A stretch of 32,764 nucleotides of DNA. Source: Deltaproteobacteria bacterium (GTDB taxonomy: Bacteria > Desulfobacterota > Desulfobacteria > Desulfobacterales > SG8-13). Positions within the stretch are counted from its first letter, which is position 1. Each line of letters opens with the position of its first letter. A program made the position numbers and the translations under genes. The DNA lies in assembly GCA_032127235.1 (NCBI GenBank), contig JAQAZR010000110.1, positions 1-32,764 on the forward strand. The letters run 5' to 3'. Shown here piece by piece: positions 16,106 through 28,363 of this stretch. The notes beneath the pieces were generated by a model, which was given only the letters and a program-made list of their open reading frames with translations, had not been told where the DNA came from and did not search any database.

Positions 16106-17485
16106 ATGCACATGTCAGACATTAAGCGGGTTGTTGAACAGGTGAGCAAAGACAAGGGGATTTCACGCGAAGTCCTCATCAAGGCCCTCGAGGAAGCCTT
16201 GAAATCAGCCGCCCGCAAAAAATTCGGCAACAAAATGGAAATCGAAGTCCAATACAACGAAGAAGTCGGGGAAATCGAGGTGTTTCAATTCAAGGAGGTC
16301 GCCGAGGTCATCATGGAACCGGCACTGGAGATCAGCCTTGAAGAGGGTCGCAAGCTCGACCCGGAATGTGAAATCGGTGACAGCCTTGGCACCAAAATGG
16401 ACACCTCGACTTTCGGCCGGATAGCGGCCCAGTCTGCCAAACAGGTAATTATTCAAAAGATAAAGGATGCCGAAAAAGATGCGGTCTTCGCCAGTTTCAT
16501 CGACCGCAAGGGAGAAATCCTCAACGGAATCGTCCAGCGCATCGACCGGGGAGACATCATCGTCAATCTGGGTCAGACCGAAGGGATTGTGCCGGTTCGC
16601 GAACAGGTCCCCAGGGAGGGTTACCGCCGCGGCGACCGGATCCGGGCCTTGATTTTAGAGGTCCTGCACGAGAGCCGCGGTCCGCAGATTATCTTGTCGC
16701 GCACCCATGTCGATTTTCTGATCAACATGTTTAAAATGGAAGTGCCGGAGGTCAGCGAAGGTATCGTCAAAATCATGGGAGCGGCCCGTGAACCCGGTGT
16801 ACGGGCCAAGATAGCCGTCGCCTCCAGCAATGCCGACATCGATCCGGTGGGTGCCCGCGTCGGAATGAAGGGGAGCCGCGTGCAAAATGTGGTCCAGGAA
16901 CTGCGGGGAGAAAAGATCGACATCATTTCGTGGCACGTTGACCCTGCCAGATATGTGTGCAATGCTCTGGCCCCGGCAGAGATCTCGCGCGTGATCATCG
17001 ACGAGGCCAACCGCACCATGGAGGTCATCGTTCCGGATGAATTTCTTTCGATCGCCATCGGCAAACGCGGCCAAAATGTCCGTCTGGCTTCCAGACTTGC
17101 CGGATGGCACCTGGACGTCAAGAGCGAAACCAAATACAGCGAAGCAATGCGCAGCGGCTACGATTCTTTGCTCGCATTGACCGGCGTCGGTATCAGCCTG
17201 GCCGATGCCCTGTATGAAAAAGGGTTTTTCTCTGCTGAAGAAATCAGCAAGGCGACCGTGGAAGACCTGATCCAGATCAAGGGTATCGGGGAAGAAAGTG
17301 CAAAAAAATTGATCGATGCTTCAAAACAAGCTATACAAACCGAAACCGCCGTGGATGAATCTGCAGCGGCGAGAGACACCGCCGGCGACCAAATAGTCGA
17401 GGCGACAGCCGAAACTGACGAAACTGCCGAGCCGGCCGAGCCGGTTGAGCCAGCCGCCACCGTGGAGCCGACCGGAGAAGAATGA
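16106..17485 (+). CDS. nusA: Transcription termination/antitermination factor NusA
   Basis: The ORF encodes 459 aa. It has an N-terminal domain, an S1 domain ([15 protein letters not shown]), KH domains ([30 protein letters not shown]), one HhH repeat and an acidic tail. Confidence 0.93.
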   Translation: MHMSDIKRVVEQVSKDKGISREVLIKALEEALKSAARKKFGNKMEIEVQYNEEVGEIEVFQFKEVAEVIMEPALEISLEEGRKLDPECEIGDSLGTKMDTSTFGRIAAQSAKQVIIQKIKDAEKDAVFASFIDRKGEILNGIVQRIDRGDIIVNLGQTEGIVPVREQVPREGYRRGDRIRALILEVLHESRGPQIILSRTHVDFLINMFKMEVPEVSEGIVKIMGAAREPGVRAKIAVASSNADIDPVGARVGMKGSRVQNVVQELRGEKIDIISWHVDPARYVCNALAPAEISRVIIDEANRTMEVIVPDEFLSIAIGKRGQNVRLASRLAGWHLDVKSETKYSEAMRSGYDSLLALTGVGISLADALYEKGFFSAEEISKATVEDLIQIKGIGEESAKKLIDASKQAIQTETAVDESAAARDTAGDQIVEATAETDETAEPAEPVEPAATVEPTGEE

Positions 17486-17589
17486 CATCGGAAACGGCTC
17501 CAGACGACCGGCGATCCGACCCATTCGGTCTGAACGCTACCGAGGGCGCGCGAAGGCCACTCGCATAACAGTGACTTTTAGGGGGATTG

Positions 17590-20265
17590 ATGGCAAAGAT
17601 CAGGGTATATGAACTTGCCAGGGATCTGAACATGACCAACAAGAGCCTTATCGAAAAGATGAAGGACATGGATATCGACGTCGAAATCAAGAGCCACATG
17701 AGTGCGCTCGAAGATGAGGTGGTGGCGCAGATCAAGGCCGGTCTCTTCGGACAAAAATCCGAAACCGTCGTCGAAACACGGGTCAAGCCGACCGTCATCC
17801 GGCGCCGCAAGAAAACCGTTACAGTGGAAGTGCCGCCGGAAATCGAAGCGGCAGAGGAAGCGGCGGAAGAGGCGCCGGCTGCAGTCGCGGCCGAAGCGGA
17901 AACAGCTCCAGCAGAAGAACCCTCGACGCCGCCGACGATCGCAGAAGCGGTGGCAACCGAAACGCCGGCAGCCACTGCAGAAACAGAGATCGAAACCAAA
18001 GTCGAAGCAGAAAAAGAAGCCGACAAGGCCGCCGAATCGGAAGCGCCCGCAACGGCTGAAACGCCTGCACCGGAACCAGTTGCCGCCGAACCGTCTGTAG
18101 AAGTAAAGTCGAAACAAGCACTCAAAAAAGCAAAGAAAAAAGATCAGGCGGCCAAAATCATCCGCATGCCGGTTCCCCCCGTTGCAAAAGAACCGGCCGC
18201 CGAACCGCTCAGGGGCAAAGCCCCGGCTCGGCCGGCAGAAAAGGTCGTCGCCCTGCGGCCCGCGCCGCCTTCTCGCGGTGCGCCCGGAGAAGAACCGACC
18301 AAAGAAGTCAAGAAAAAGAAGAAGAAACGGCAGGCTGAGGACGCTGAATCCGACAATAAATTCTTCAAGAAGAAAATTTCGTTTCGAAAGAAAGAAGTCA
18401 TCGAAGGCGCAGCGCTCTACGGTGGCCGTCAGCGCCCACGCAAGGGCAAAAAAGCCGGCAAAGCCAAGGCAGCCGGCCCGGCCCAGAAAACCCAGATTAC
18501 TACCGCCAAAGCCATCAAACGGCGCGTTAAAATAGATGAGGCCATCGTTCTTTCCGATCTGGCCAAACGCATGGGCATCAAGGCCGGTGAAATGATCAAG
18601 ACCCTGATGGGAATGGGTGTCATGACAACGGTCAATCAAACCATCGATTTCGATACGGCCGCCCTTGTGGCCGCCGAGTTCGGCTATGAGGTCGAACTGG
18701 CCGCTTTCGAGGAGGAAACGTTCTTGAAGGTCGAAGCAGACGATCCCACCCGGCAGATTGAACGATCACCGGTGGTCACGATAATGGGACATGTCGATCA
18801 CGGCAAAACTTCTTTGCTCGACGTCATCCGGAAAACAAGGATCACGGACATCGAAGCCGGCGGCATCACGCAGCATATCGGCGCCTATCACGTCACAACC
18901 GAAAAAGGCAAAATTGCCTTCCTTGACACCCCGGGCCACGAAGCGTTCACCGCCATGCGGGCCAGGGGGGCACAGGTTACCGACATCGTCGTTCTGGTGG
19001 TCGCCGCCGATGACGGGGTCATGCCGCAGACCATCGAGGCCATCAACCACGCCAGGGCCGCCAATGTGCCGATCATCGTGGCCGTTAACAAAATCGACAA
19101 GGACAATGCCAACACGGACCGTGTTTATCGGGAACTCGCCGAACAGGGCCTGACTCCCGAGGAATGGGGCGGCGACACCATTTTTGTCAAGGTCTCCGCC
19201 AAACAGAACATCGGCATCGACGGTCTGCTGGATCTGATTTTGCTGCAGGCCGAAGTATTAGAATTGAAGGCCGATCCAGAAAAACGGGCCTACGGGCACG
19301 TGGTGGAATCGAAAATCGATCCGGGCCGTGGGGCGATCGCCACCGTACTCGTTCAGGAAGGGACCCTGCACACGGGGGATGCCGTCGTATGCGGGGTTTA
19401 TTCCGGTAAGGTGCGCGCCATGCTCAACGACATAGGTCAGATGGTTGATGAAGCCGGCCCGTCCATTCCGGTGGAGGTCATCGGCCTCTCCGGAGTTCCC
19501 ATGGCCGGCGATGAGTTGATCGCGGTGGCGGACGAAAAGAATGCCAAGCAGATCAGTGAACACCGCATCCAGAAACACCGCTCCAAGGAGTTGGCCAAGA
19601 CCGGGCGTTTGAGCCTCGAGAAACTCTTCGAACAAATGCAGCAGGGGGAAGTCAAGGACTTGAACCTGATCCTGAAGGCCGACGTTCACGGCTCGATCGA
19701 AGCCTTGGCCGATTCGCTGACCAAGCTGAGCAACGAAGAGGTCAACATCAACATCGTCCACTCTGCCACCGGAACCATCACCGAATCGGATGTTTCCCTG
19801 GCATCGGTTTCCAATGCCATCATTATCGGTTTCAACGTCCGCCCCGCGACCAAGGTTCAGATGCTGGCCAACGAGGAAGGCGTAGACATGCGGTTCTACA
19901 ATGTGATCTACGACGTGATCAAAGATATAAAGAACGCCATCGCCGGTATGATGTCATCGACCTTCGAAGAGCGTGTTCTGGGAAGGGCCGAGGTTCGCGA
20001 TACCTTTCATGTGCCGAAGACAGGCACCATTGCCGGATGTTACGTGACGGAAGGAAGAATCGAACGCGGACGACTCCTGCGGGTCCTGCGGGACGGGGTT
20101 GTCCAATACGAAGGCAAAAACGCTTCTCTGCGGCGCTTTAAGGATGATGTCAAGGAAGTGCAGAACGGATATGAATGCGGAGTCGGCGTCGAGAATTTCA
20201 ATGATATAAAGGTCGGCGATGTTCTGGAATGCTATTACCTGGAAGAAATCAAACCGGAAGTGTAA
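17590..20265 (+). CDS. infB: Translation initiation factor IF-2
   Basis: The product begins [10 protein letters not shown] and has a low-complexity A/E/P/K-rich linker. The GTPase core is [25 protein letters not shown] and NKID. ATG 17590 is preferred over the TTG at 17587. Confidence 0.95.
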   Translation: MAKIRVYELARDLNMTNKSLIEKMKDMDIDVEIKSHMSALEDEVVAQIKAGLFGQKSETVVETRVKPTVIRRRKKTVTVEVPPEIEAAEEAAEEAPAAVAAEAETAPAEEPSTPPTIAEAVATETPAATAETEIETKVEAEKEADKAAESEAPATAETPAPEPVAAEPSVEVKSKQALKKAKKKDQAAKIIRMPVPPVAKEPAAEPLRGKAPARPAEKVVALRPAPPSRGAPGEEPTKEVKKKKKKRQAEDAESDNKFFKKKISFRKKEVIEGAALYGGRQRPRKGKKAGKAKAAGPAQKTQITTAKAIKRRVKIDEAIVLSDLAKRMGIKAGEMIKTLMGMGVMTTVNQTIDFDTAALVAAEFGYEVELAAFEEETFLKVEADDPTRQIERSPVVTIMGHVDHGKTSLLDVIRKTRITDIEAGGITQHIGAYHVTTEKGKIAFLDTPGHEAFTAMRARGAQVTDIVVLVVAADDGVMPQTIEAINHARAANVPIIVAVNKIDKDNANTDRVYRELAEQGLTPEEWGGDTIFVKVSAKQNIGIDGLLDLILLQAEVLELKADPEKRAYGHVVESKIDPGRGAIATVLVQEGTLHTGDAVVCGVYSGKVRAMLNDIGQMVDEAGPSIPVEVIGLSGVPMAGDELIAVADEKNAKQISEHRIQKHRSKELAKTGRLSLEKLFEQMQQGEVKDLNLILKADVHGSIEALADSLTKLSNEEVNINIVHSATGTITESDVSLASVSNAIIIGFNVRPATKVQMLANEEGVDMRFYNVIYDVIKDIKNAIAGMMSSTFEERVLGRAEVRDTFHVPKTGTIAGCYVTEGRIERGRLLRVLRDGVVQYEGKNASLRRFKDDVKEVQNGYECGVGVENFNDIKVGDVLECYYLEEIKPEV

Positions 20266-20329
20266 ACCGGCGATCGATTGATCGAAGAGATCGCTGAGTG
20301 AAGCGCTCGGTAAACCAAGCGAGCCGCAG

Positions 20330-20617
20330 ATGGTCGTGGGGATTGGAATTGTCACCTTCAGACTGCACGACTGCCGTTCTTTGAAAGCAAAACGCAGCGT
20401 CGTCAAGTCAATCATCGGGCAGATGCGCAATAAATTCAACATTTCGGTGGCCGAGACGGGATCAAACGATATGCATCAGCGGGCGGAGATCGGATTCGCG
20501 CTCGTGGGAAACGACCGCCAGGTCATCAACTCTAAGACCGACAAGGTTCTTAACCTGATAGATGATTTGGGCCTGGCGGAGGTCATCGACTCTGAAATGG
20601 AGATCATCACCCTATGA
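20330..20617 (+). CDS. DUF503-family protein (YlxP-like)
   Basis: This 95-aa ORF contains LHDCRSLKAKRSVVKSI. It occupies the conserved position between infB and rbfA. Confidence 0.75.
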   Translation: MVVGIGIVTFRLHDCRSLKAKRSVVKSIIGQMRNKFNISVAETGSNDMHQRAEIGFALVGNDRQVINSKTDKVLNLIDDLGLAEVIDSEMEIITL

Positions 20618-20964
20618 CGTCCTATTCGCGTGCCGATCGCGTCGGGGGCCTGATACAACAGACGCTGTCTGACATCCTGCTCAAGGAAGTGAAAGACCCG
20701 CGTCTCGAACTGACGACGATAACCGATGTCAAAATGACGCGTGACCTGCGGATCGCTCGAATCTATTTCTCTACCCCGGGCGGGGCCGAAAAAATCGAGG
20801 CCGTTCAGCAAGGCTTCGAGAGCGCTCTGGGTTTTGTTAAGGTTACGCTGGCCCGCCGGCTTGGTCTGCGCTACATGCCGGATCTCGAATTCTATTACGA
20901 TAACTCTTTTGACCACGGGGCCCATATCGAAAAACTTCTCCGGTCCCTCAGCGCGAAATCATGA
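20614..20964 (+). CDS. rbfA: Ribosome-binding factor A
   Basis: The product contains RADRVGGLIQQTLSDILLKEVKDPRL and DLRIARIYFS. An ATGA overlap links it to the upstream gene. Confidence 0.9.
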   Translation: MTSYSRADRVGGLIQQTLSDILLKEVKDPRLELTTITDVKMTRDLRIARIYFSTPGGAEKIEAVQQGFESALGFVKVTLARRLGLRYMPDLEFYYDNSFDHGAHIEKLLRSLSAKS

Positions 20965-21935
20965 CGGAACAGATTCTCCGATCCTTAACCGAAAGCCGGC
21001 GTGTCGTGGTGGCGTCCCATGAAAACCCGGATGGTGATGCCGTCAGTTCGCTTCTGGCCATCGGTTTGGCACTGGAAAAGCAGCAAAAAAACGTCACATT
21101 TTACAACGCCAGTCCGATTCCGGCGGTATACCGCTTCTTGCCGTCGGTTGGACGCATCACAAGCGAATTCAACAAGGCGGAGGCATTCGACACGGCCGTG
21201 ATCCTGGACTGTGGCGACCTGGAGCGCGTCGGGCCAGCCGCTGCCGTGATGCAGAAGATACCGGTTGTCGTCAATATCGACCATCATATCACCAATACCG
21301 GTTTCGGTACGGTTCGCTTGGTCGAGCCGGCAGCCTGTGCCACTGCAGAACTGGTCTACCATCTTTTGGTGAGGATGAAGACCCCCATCGATAAAGATCT
21401 GGCCACACTGATATATACCGGAATATTGACCGATACCGGATCGTTTCGCTTCGCAAACACCAACCAGGCCACCTTTGCCATCTGTCTGGAAATGGCGGAA
21501 AAAGGTGTCAGGCCGCACGAAGTGGCCCGGCACGTTTATGGGACCTATTCCCTCGGCCGCATAAAGCTGCTGAACCTGGCGCTGGATTCGATTGAAATCG
21601 CCGCCAACGGCAAGCTCTCAATCATGACCGTGACGCGGGAAATGCTTCGTCAAACCGGCACGCAGCCCGAGGACGCCGACGGTATGATTCACTATGCCCG
21701 CAGAATAGAAGACGTAAGGGTTGCCGCACTGATTCAAGAGCTGCAAAATGGAAGTGACGCAACCAAGAATCGACACCGGTACCATGTCAGTCTGCGCTCC
21801 GATGGTTCGGTCGATGTCTCTGCCGTTGCCGTCTCTTACGGCGGCGGCGGCCATCAAAGTGCCGCCGGTTTCAGGATCGAAGCGCCGCTTTGGGAGGTAA
21901 AAACCCAAATTGCCCAACTGGCGGAGAAACTGTAG
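20961..21935 (+). CDS. DHH/DHHA1-family phosphoesterase (NrnA-like oligoribonuclease / pAp phosphatase)
   Basis: Motifs SHENPDGDAVSS, NIDHHITN and the DHHA1 motif GGGGHQSAAGF are present. Confidence 0.85.
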   Translation: MTEQILRSLTESRRVVVASHENPDGDAVSSLLAIGLALEKQQKNVTFYNASPIPAVYRFLPSVGRITSEFNKAEAFDTAVILDCGDLERVGPAAAVMQKIPVVVNIDHHITNTGFGTVRLVEPAACATAELVYHLLVRMKTPIDKDLATLIYTGILTDTGSFRFANTNQATFAICLEMAEKGVRPHEVARHVYGTYSLGRIKLLNLALDSIEIAANGKLSIMTVTREMLRQTGTQPEDADGMIHYARRIEDVRVAALIQELQNGSDATKNRHRYHVSLRSDGSVDVSAVAVSYGGGGHQSAAGFRIEAPLWEVKTQIAQLAEKL

Positions 21936-21955
21936 GTCGACATCGGCCGGGTATT

Positions 21956-22879
21956 ATGGAGGTCTCAGAAACCAGCGGTATCCTCGTTCTGGACAAACCC
22001 GCGGACATGTCTTCGGCCAAGGCAGTGGCAAACGTCAAACGAATCCTTAAGGCCCGAAAGGTCGGTCACGCCGGAACGCTCGACCCTTTCGCCACCGGTG
22101 TGCTGGTATGCTGTGTCAACCAGGCCACACGATTGGCACAGTTTTTTTTACACGGCCGTAAAAAATACAGTGCGGTTATGCACCTGGGGGTTGAGACCGA
22201 CACCCAAGACGTCACCGGCAGCGTGATCTCATCAACCGCGACGGTGGGGCTCACCGCAGAATGCGTGGAAGCGAGCGTCAAGCAGTTCGAAGGTTTTTAC
22301 TGGCAGCACCCACCGGCGTATTCCGCCCTGAAGCTGCACGGGGTCCCGCTTTACCGGTATGCCCGCCAGGGACGGCCGGTCCAGAAACCACCGCGCCGGG
22401 TCGAGATCGAGACCATCCGCCTTCAGGGGATCGAGTTGCCGTTTGTCCGCTTCGAGGTCAGCTGCTCGGCCGGGACTTACATTCGCACACTCTGTTCGGA
22501 TATCGGCAACCGACTGGGGTGCGGTGGACACCTCAAAGAGCTCCGGAGAATTGAAAGCGGGCGGTTCACCCTTTATGATGCACTGACACTGACCGACTTG
22601 GAGGCCCTGGCCCGTGAAAACCGGATCTTCGCCCGGATGGTTTCGATGGCTGATACTCTGCCGGACATTCCGGGCATCGTGGCGAACAAATCTTTGACTC
22701 ATCACGTAAAACATGGCAGAGTGGTTCAAAAAAACGACTTCGATGAGGGTTCATTTGAAGAGGCTCAAGGCCTGGTAAAGATCCTCGATTCACATCGGAA
22801 TCTTCTGGCGATTCTGACGTATCAAGGGGACAGCGAAAAGTTACGCTACCTCTGTGTTTTCAGCCACGCAGCCGGCTGA
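21956..22879 (+). CDS. truB: tRNA pseudouridine(55) synthase
   Basis: Motifs [30 protein letters not shown] and AGTYIRTL are present. ATG 21956 lies downstream of the nrnA-like stop. The earlier start in the track overlaps that gene. Confidence 0.9.
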   Translation: MEVSETSGILVLDKPADMSSAKAVANVKRILKARKVGHAGTLDPFATGVLVCCVNQATRLAQFFLHGRKKYSAVMHLGVETDTQDVTGSVISSTATVGLTAECVEASVKQFEGFYWQHPPAYSALKLHGVPLYRYARQGRPVQKPPRRVEIETIRLQGIELPFVRFEVSCSAGTYIRTLCSDIGNRLGCGGHLKELRRIESGRFTLYDALTLTDLEALARENRIFARMVSMADTLPDIPGIVANKSLTHHVKHGRVVQKNDFDEGSFEEAQGLVKILDSHRNLLAILTYQGDSEKLRYLCVFSHAAG

Positions 22880-22974
22880 ATTCAGAAGGGGCTTACAACC
22901 GGATGTTGAAGGGGCTAGTGCAACAAACGGATTCGGGTGCAGCCATCATTTCAAAAAAAGGAGGAATAAAGAAA

Positions 22975-23244
22975 GTGGTCTTCTCAACGGACGAGAAAAA
23001 GAAACTGATCGACAAATTCAAGTTACACGAAGGGGACACCGGATCGCCCGAAGTCCAGGTCGGGCTTTTGACCCATCGAATTTCTTACCTGACCGAGCAT
23101 CTCAAGCTTCACAAGAAAGATCACCATTCCCGCAGAGGTTTGCTGATGCTGGTCGGTCGACGTCGTCGGCTCCTGAACTACGTTAAAAACAAGGACGTCA
23201 ACCGATATCGCGCCATTATCGAAACCCTCGGTTTGAAGCGCTGA
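22975..23244 (+). CDS. rpsO: 30S ribosomal protein S15
   Basis: An 89-aa product runs from GTG 22975, with AGGAGG 10 nt upstream. It reads [50 protein letters not shown]. Confidence 0.92.
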   Translation: MVFSTDEKKKLIDKFKLHEGDTGSPEVQVGLLTHRISYLTEHLKLHKKDHHSRRGLLMLVGRRRRLLNYVKNKDVNRYRAIIETLGLKR

Positions 23245-23343
23245 AACCTGCCAATGTCCCTGACGAAACTCACGAGGAGTGCGGTGTAAGCCGGACGGTG
23301 AGTTTAACTCCCTTTACCCGCCGTTCGCGAAGAATTCGCCCGT

Positions 23344-23391
23344 ATAAGCGACTTTCATAGCGATAACAGAAGGGTAAGTCGCTTATTTTTT
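23344..23391 (+). terminator. rpsO terminator / pnp leader attenuator hairpin
   Basis: ATAAGCGACT (23344-23353) pairs perfectly with AGTCGCTTAT (23377-23386). TTTTT follows, then the pnp SD AGGAG. Confidence 0.75.
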
Positions 23392-23402
23392 AGGAGATGA
23401 AA

Positions 23403-25478
23403 ATGGAAATATCATTACAAGCCCAGCTCGGGCCGAAAACACTGACCATTGAGACCGGCAAAGTCGCCAAACAGGCTTCCGGTGCCGTGCTGGTTCGCTA
23501 CGGCGAGACGACCGTCCTGGTGACGGTGGTTGCGACCCCGGAGGAAAGACAATCGGATTTTCTGCCCTTGACGGTCGAGTATCAGGAAAAGATTTACGCC
23601 GCCGGCCGTATTCCCGGCAACTATTTTCGGCGTGAAATCGGCCGCCCCAGCGAAAAGGAAACTCTGACGGCGCGTTTGATCGATCGCCCTATCCGCCCAT
23701 TGTTCCCGAAAGGCTACCGCAATGAAACCCAGGTTATCGCCATGGTGTTGTCGATGGATCAGGAAAATGAGCCCGACACCCTGGCCATGATCGGTGCGTC
23801 CGCGGCCCTCGAGATATCGGAGATTCCGTTTGCCGGACCAATCGCCTGTGTTCGGGTGGGACGTATCGACGGCCGGCTGATGGTCAATCCGACCATCGGC
23901 GAACTCGAGCGCTCCGACATCAATATCATTGTCGCGGGCTCCAAGACCGGCATCGTCATGGTGGAAGGCGGCGGCAGCAACATCAGCGAAGGAGACCTGC
24001 TGGATGCCATCTACTTTGCCCATGGAGAAATGCAGCCGATCATCGCCCTGCAGGAAAAACTGAAGAATGACGCCGGTGTTCCGAAACGTCCATTCCTGCC
24101 GTTGGAAAAGGATCCGGCGCTGGTTGCCCGCATCGAATCCGAACTGCGGGGGCAAATTGAAGCGGCAGTTGTGATTCCCGAAAAAACCAAGCGCAGCAAA
24201 GCCTTGCGGGAAGTAAAAGACAATTATTTCGCCTTGCTGGGTGAAGCATACGCGGATCGCCGCGGGGAAATTTACGAGATCATCGGTGACTTGAAGAAAA
24301 GCGTCTGCCGCGATCTGGTCTTGAAAGCCAACCGACGAATCGACGGTAGAAAATTCGATGAAATCCGCCCGATAACCTGCGAAGTCGGCTTTTTACCGCG
24401 ACCGCACGGCAGCGCCTTGTTCACGCGGGGCGAAACCCAAGTGCTCGGCGTGCTGACCCTCGGTTCGGGACAAGATGAGCAGCGGGTGGAAACGCTGAGC
24501 GGCGAAGAATTCAGACCGTTCATGCTTCACTACAATTTCCCGCCGTTTTCGGTCGGAGAAGCCCGGCGCCTCGGCGGCCCCTCGCGACGGGACATCGGAC
24601 ACGGCGGACTGTCAACCCGGGCCCTCGAAAAAGTCCTGCCGAACAAGGAAGATTTCGACTACACGATCCGTATTGTATCCGAGGTGCTCGAATCAAACGG
24701 CTCATCCTCCATGGGAACCGTCTGCGCCGGTACTCTGGCTATGATGGATGGTGGCGTCCCCATCAAAGCCCCGGTGGCGGGCATCGCCATGGGACTCGTA
24801 AAGGGTGAGGAGAAGGTGGCGGTGCTCTCCGATATTCTCGGCGATGAAGACCACACCGGCGACATGGACTTCAAGGTGGCCGGAACGAAAGACGGCATCA
24901 CCGCCGTTCAAATGGACATCAAGATCCGTGAGCTGTCACGGGACATCATGCAGAAAGCCCTTGAGCAGGCTCGGATCGGTCGCCTGCACATCCTCGGTAA
25001 AATGCTCGAAACCATCCGGGAGGCGCGCAAGGAAACCTCTCCCTATGCACCGAAAGTGCTGACGATCAAAATCAACCCGGATAAAATCCGCGAAATCATC
25101 GGTCCGGGTGGCAAAACCGTGCGGGCGATTCAGAGTGAAACCAATACCCGGGTAGAGATCGATGACTCTGGTATCGTCAAAATTGCCGCCTTTTCATCGG
25201 AAGAAGGTGAAAAAGCCAGAAAAATGGTCGAGGCCATCACCATGGACCCCGAAATCGGAGCGATCTATGAGGGTACGGTGGTTAAAATTACCGATTTCGG
25301 GGCCTTCGTTCAGATATCACCCGGTACGGACGGCCTGGTCCATATTTCGCAGTTGGCCAACCATCGGGTCACAAACGTCTCCGATGTCGTCAAGGAAGGC
25401 CAGAAGCTAAAAGTCAAGGTCCTTGAAATCAGTCGGGACGGCAAAATCCGCCTGAGCCACAAGGCGGTGCAGGAATAG
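23403..25478 (+). CDS. pnp: Polyribonucleotide nucleotidyltransferase (PNPase)
   Basis: The ORF encodes 691 aa. It has two RNase PH domains, a KH domain ([12 protein letters not shown]) and an S1 domain ([15 protein letters not shown]). ATG 23403 lies 6 nt from AGGAG and is preferred over ATG 23397. Confidence 0.95.
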   Translation: MEISLQAQLGPKTLTIETGKVAKQASGAVLVRYGETTVLVTVVATPEERQSDFLPLTVEYQEKIYAAGRIPGNYFRREIGRPSEKETLTARLIDRPIRPLFPKGYRNETQVIAMVLSMDQENEPDTLAMIGASAALEISEIPFAGPIACVRVGRIDGRLMVNPTIGELERSDINIIVAGSKTGIVMVEGGGSNISEGDLLDAIYFAHGEMQPIIALQEKLKNDAGVPKRPFLPLEKDPALVARIESELRGQIEAAVVIPEKTKRSKALREVKDNYFALLGEAYADRRGEIYEIIGDLKKSVCRDLVLKANRRIDGRKFDEIRPITCEVGFLPRPHGSALFTRGETQVLGVLTLGSGQDEQRVETLSGEEFRPFMLHYNFPPFSVGEARRLGGPSRRDIGHGGLSTRALEKVLPNKEDFDYTIRIVSEVLESNGSSSMGTVCAGTLAMMDGGVPIKAPVAGIAMGLVKGEEKVAVLSDILGDEDHTGDMDFKVAGTKDGITAVQMDIKIRELSRDIMQKALEQARIGRLHILGKMLETIREARKETSPYAPKVLTIKINPDKIREIIGPGGKTVRAIQSETNTRVEIDDSGIVKIAAFSSEEGEKARKMVEAITMDPEIGAIYEGTVVKITDFGAFVQISPGTDGLVHISQLANHRVTNVSDVVKEGQKLKVKVLEISRDGKIRLSHKAVQE

Positions 25479-25481
25479 CGG

Positions 25482-26750
25482 ATGAAACCGTCTTCAGTGA
25501 AAAAAACCACCCTTTCAAACGGGGTGCGGATCCTGACCAAAACCATGCCTTTCGTGCGCAGTGTCTCCATGGGCGTCTGGGTCAATGTGGGTGCCCGGGA
25601 TGAGTCCGCTTCCGAAAACGGTCTCTCCCACCTGATCGAACACATGATCTTCAAAGGCACCCGCAAACGCACGGCGTTTCAGATCGCCAAGGAGTTCGAT
25701 GCCATCGGTGGGCACACCAATGCCTTCACCAGTTTCGAGAACACCTGCTACCATGCCCGCGTCATGGACACGCATTTTGACACGATGGTGGACATTCTGA
25801 CCGATATCTTTCTGAACTCCGAATTCGCCGAAGAAGAAGTCGTAAAAGAGAGGCCGGTCATCTTTCAGGAGATCGGCATGGTCGAGGACAACCCGGAAGA
25901 GTATGTCCACGTTCTTTCTGGTCGCGCTTTTTGGGGCGACAATCCGCTGGGGCGTTCCATTCTCGGCACCCGGGAAAACCTTCTCGCCTTCACATCGGAG
26001 ATAATAAAGGCGTTCTTCAACCGTTTCTACCAACCCAGCCACATTGTCGTCGCAGTGGCCGGTAACGTCAGCCATGAGAGAATCGTAGAGCTGGTCGGCC
26101 CGGCCTTTTCCGCCGTTAAAACGGGATCCGGTTTTCCGGGACGGGAGACCCCGGCAGATTACCCGCAGGTCAAACTGCATCAGCGGGACCTCGAACAAGT
26201 CCATGTCTGTTTGGGAACGCGAGGGATTTCGATCACCGACCCGAAACGGTATGCTTTCTCACTCCTGAACACGATCTTCGGCGGCAACATGAGCTCCCGG
26301 CTCTTCCAGAAGATCCGGGAGCACCGCGGTCTCGCCTATTCGGTTTACTCCTTTATTTCATCGTACGAAGACACCGGCATGTTCGGAGCTTATGTCGGGG
26401 TTCAGCCGGACAAGGTGCGGGAAACCGTCGGCCTGATCATGGAGGAAATGCGCACGCTCAAGAAACACCCGGTTGATGAGGCCGAACTGAAAGACGCCAA
26501 GAACTACACCAAGGGCAACCTCCTGCTGGCTTCGGAAAGCGTCGACAACCAGATGGTTCGCTTGGCGCAAAATGAGATCAACTTCGGCCGCAGCGTGCCT
26601 CTTCAGGAAATTATCGACCAGGTCGAGGCAATCACGGCCGCTGACATCGGTGATCTAGCCGTGGAGCTGTTCCGGGAAGACCGCCTGGCCTTGACCGCAC
26701 TCGGTACGCTGAACGGAAACGAGTCCTTTGCGGATTTTCTGCTGACCTGA
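25482..26750 (+). CDS. M16-family zinc peptidase (pitrilysin-like)
   Basis: It has the inverted zinc motif HLIEHMIFKGT (HxxEH) and a length typical of M16B peptidases. Confidence 0.85.
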   Translation: MKPSSVKKTTLSNGVRILTKTMPFVRSVSMGVWVNVGARDESASENGLSHLIEHMIFKGTRKRTAFQIAKEFDAIGGHTNAFTSFENTCYHARVMDTHFDTMVDILTDIFLNSEFAEEEVVKERPVIFQEIGMVEDNPEEYVHVLSGRAFWGDNPLGRSILGTRENLLAFTSEIIKAFFNRFYQPSHIVVAVAGNVSHERIVELVGPAFSAVKTGSGFPGRETPADYPQVKLHQRDLEQVHVCLGTRGISITDPKRYAFSLLNTIFGGNMSSRLFQKIREHRGLAYSVYSFISSYEDTGMFGAYVGVQPDKVRETVGLIMEEMRTLKKHPVDEAELKDAKNYTKGNLLLASESVDNQMVRLAQNEINFGRSVPLQEIIDQVEAITAADIGDLAVELFREDRLALTALGTLNGNESFADFLLT

Positions 26751-26790
26751 ACAGATTCTCCACGCATTCAACGCCGCATTGACCTAAACG

Positions 26791-27249
26791 ATGAATGACC
26801 GCCTGGAAATCAGATTCCGCCGGCTTCGCCCCCACAAGGACGCCGACATCCCCTTGCCGCAATACATGACTCCCGGTGCCGCGGGAATGGACCTTGCCGT
26901 CGCGCTTGACACGCCGCTGGTTCTCGCTCCCGGTGACATTACCCTGCTGCCCACCGGCCTGGCGATGGCCCTGCCTTCAGGGTACGAAGCTCAGATAAGG
27001 CCCCGCAGCGGCCTGGCGGTCCGGCACGGCATCGGCTTGATCAATGCCCCGGGCACCATCGACGCCGACTACCGCGGCGAAATCAAAATCGCCGCCATCA
27101 ACTTCGGCAAATCACCCTACACCTTCCAGCGCGGTGACCGGGTGGCGCAGATGGTCATCCACTCGGTTTGCCAGCCCCGTATAACGGTTGTCGAATCGCT
27201 CGAAGAAACCGGCCGCAACTGCGGCGGGTTCGGACACACCGGAAAATAA
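26791..27249 (+). CDS. dut: dUTP diphosphatase
   Basis: Motifs GAAGMDL, RPRSGLA, GTIDADYRGEI and GGFGHTG are present. Confidence 0.92.
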   Translation: MNDRLEIRFRRLRPHKDADIPLPQYMTPGAAGMDLAVALDTPLVLAPGDITLLPTGLAMALPSGYEAQIRPRSGLAVRHGIGLINAPGTIDADYRGEIKIAAINFGKSPYTFQRGDRVAQMVIHSVCQPRITVVESLEETGRNCGGFGHTGK

Positions 27250-27261
27250 TCGGACGATCAT

Positions 27262-28080
27262 ATGCTTGCAGATGAACCCTCGACCAATGCAGCCGCCCCG
27301 GAAACTGCTGTCAAACTATCCGTCTGCGTGCTGGCCAGCGGCAGCAAGGGCAACGCCATCTATGTCTCCGCCGGGCAAACCGCTGTCCTGATCGATGCGG
27401 GCCTTTCCGGCGTCGAAATCGAACGCCGTCTCGGGTCGCGCGGCCTTGCGCCGGACCGACTTCAAGCCATCGTCGTCTCACACGAGCACGCCGATCACAT
27501 AAACGGCGTCGGCGTGCTGTCACGCCGCTACCGCCTGCCGGTCTACCTCAACCGCAAAACCGCCGACGCGGCCAAACGAATCGGCCGGCTCCACCACGTC
27601 ACCACCTTCGATTGCGGCACCGTATTTCACATCGACGACCTTCACATCCGCCCGTTTTCACTGTCCCACGATGCGGAAGATCCGGCCGGATTCACCATTC
27701 AGACGAACGGCATTAAAATCGGCCTTGCAACCGATTTGGGTGTGGTGACCGCAATGGTCACAGAACACTTGAAAGGATGCCGGGCGTTGATCCTGGAAGC
27801 CAATCACGACACCCGCATGCTGATCGACGGGCCCTACCCCTGGCCTTTGAAACAGCGGATTCAGAGCCGGTTGGGGCATCTCTCCAACACCGATTCCAGG
27901 CAGTTGTTGTGTGACGTCGCCCATGCCGGCCTCGAACACGTGATCCTGGCCCACCTCAGTGAAACCAACAACACCCCCGACACAGCCCTGAACGCCATCG
28001 CCCCGGCACTAACCGGCACCCGCACCCGGTTCGAAGTCGCCGTCCAGGATCGTTGCACCGAAATCGTCTGCCTCCGCTGA
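27262..28080 (+). CDS. MBL-fold metallo-hydrolase
   Basis: It has VSHEHADHINGV (HxHxDH), a downstream LSHD and a C-terminal ILAHLS. Confidence 0.8.
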   Translation: MLADEPSTNAAAPETAVKLSVCVLASGSKGNAIYVSAGQTAVLIDAGLSGVEIERRLGSRGLAPDRLQAIVVSHEHADHINGVGVLSRRYRLPVYLNRKTADAAKRIGRLHHVTTFDCGTVFHIDDLHIRPFSLSHDAEDPAGFTIQTNGIKIGLATDLGVVTAMVTEHLKGCRALILEANHDTRMLIDGPYPWPLKQRIQSRLGHLSNTDSRQLLCDVAHAGLEHVILAHLSETNNTPDTALNAIAPALTGTRTRFEVAVQDRCTEIVCLR

Positions 28081-28269
28081 GCCCGGATTGCGGCGCCAGG
28101 TGTGTTATATTTTCGCACCCTTTCCATGAATCGAGCCTCCACTGCTTCTTTTTTACCCATCTTCTGTAACCGAGCACAATCGCAACGACTGGTCCAGACT
28201 GTAAAAAAATCTTTAATAATAAAATAAATTCAGGAGGATGTTGTAGATGCCCCAAGAAGAAGTATACGG

Positions 28270-28286
28270 TTGGCATGCCTGTTGCT
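28270..28286 (+). promoter_or_regulatory. Sigma-54 (RpoN) promoter, -24/-12 class
   Basis: TTGGCATG-cctg-TTGCT matches the consensus TGGCACG-N4-TTGCW at all core positions except one. It lies 78 nt upstream of the ZraP-like ATG. An AT-rich tract (28203-28230) lies upstream, where an IHF bend would be expected. Confidence 0.7.
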
Positions 28287-28363
28287 CTTAGGGGAGACAT
28301 AAAACCGTGAACAGGTCATCACGGAAGACATCCTAATACCAGTTATAAAAGGAGTTTTTAACC

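Noticed and set aside
17331-18639. Two long minus-strand ORFs (264 and 353 aa) lie opposite the 5' third of infB.
   Set aside because: They arise from the low-complexity GAA/GCC-rich linker region of IF-2, where stop codons are depleted on the opposite strand. Their products are repetitive (S/A/G or F/R/G rich) and overlap each other.
28247-28291. A 14-codon mini-ORF (MPQEEVYGWHACCS) follows AGGAGG and overlaps the sigma-54 promoter.
   Set aside because: It is most likely coincidental. The same bases are fully explained by the -24/-12 promoter, and conservation cannot be assessed here.
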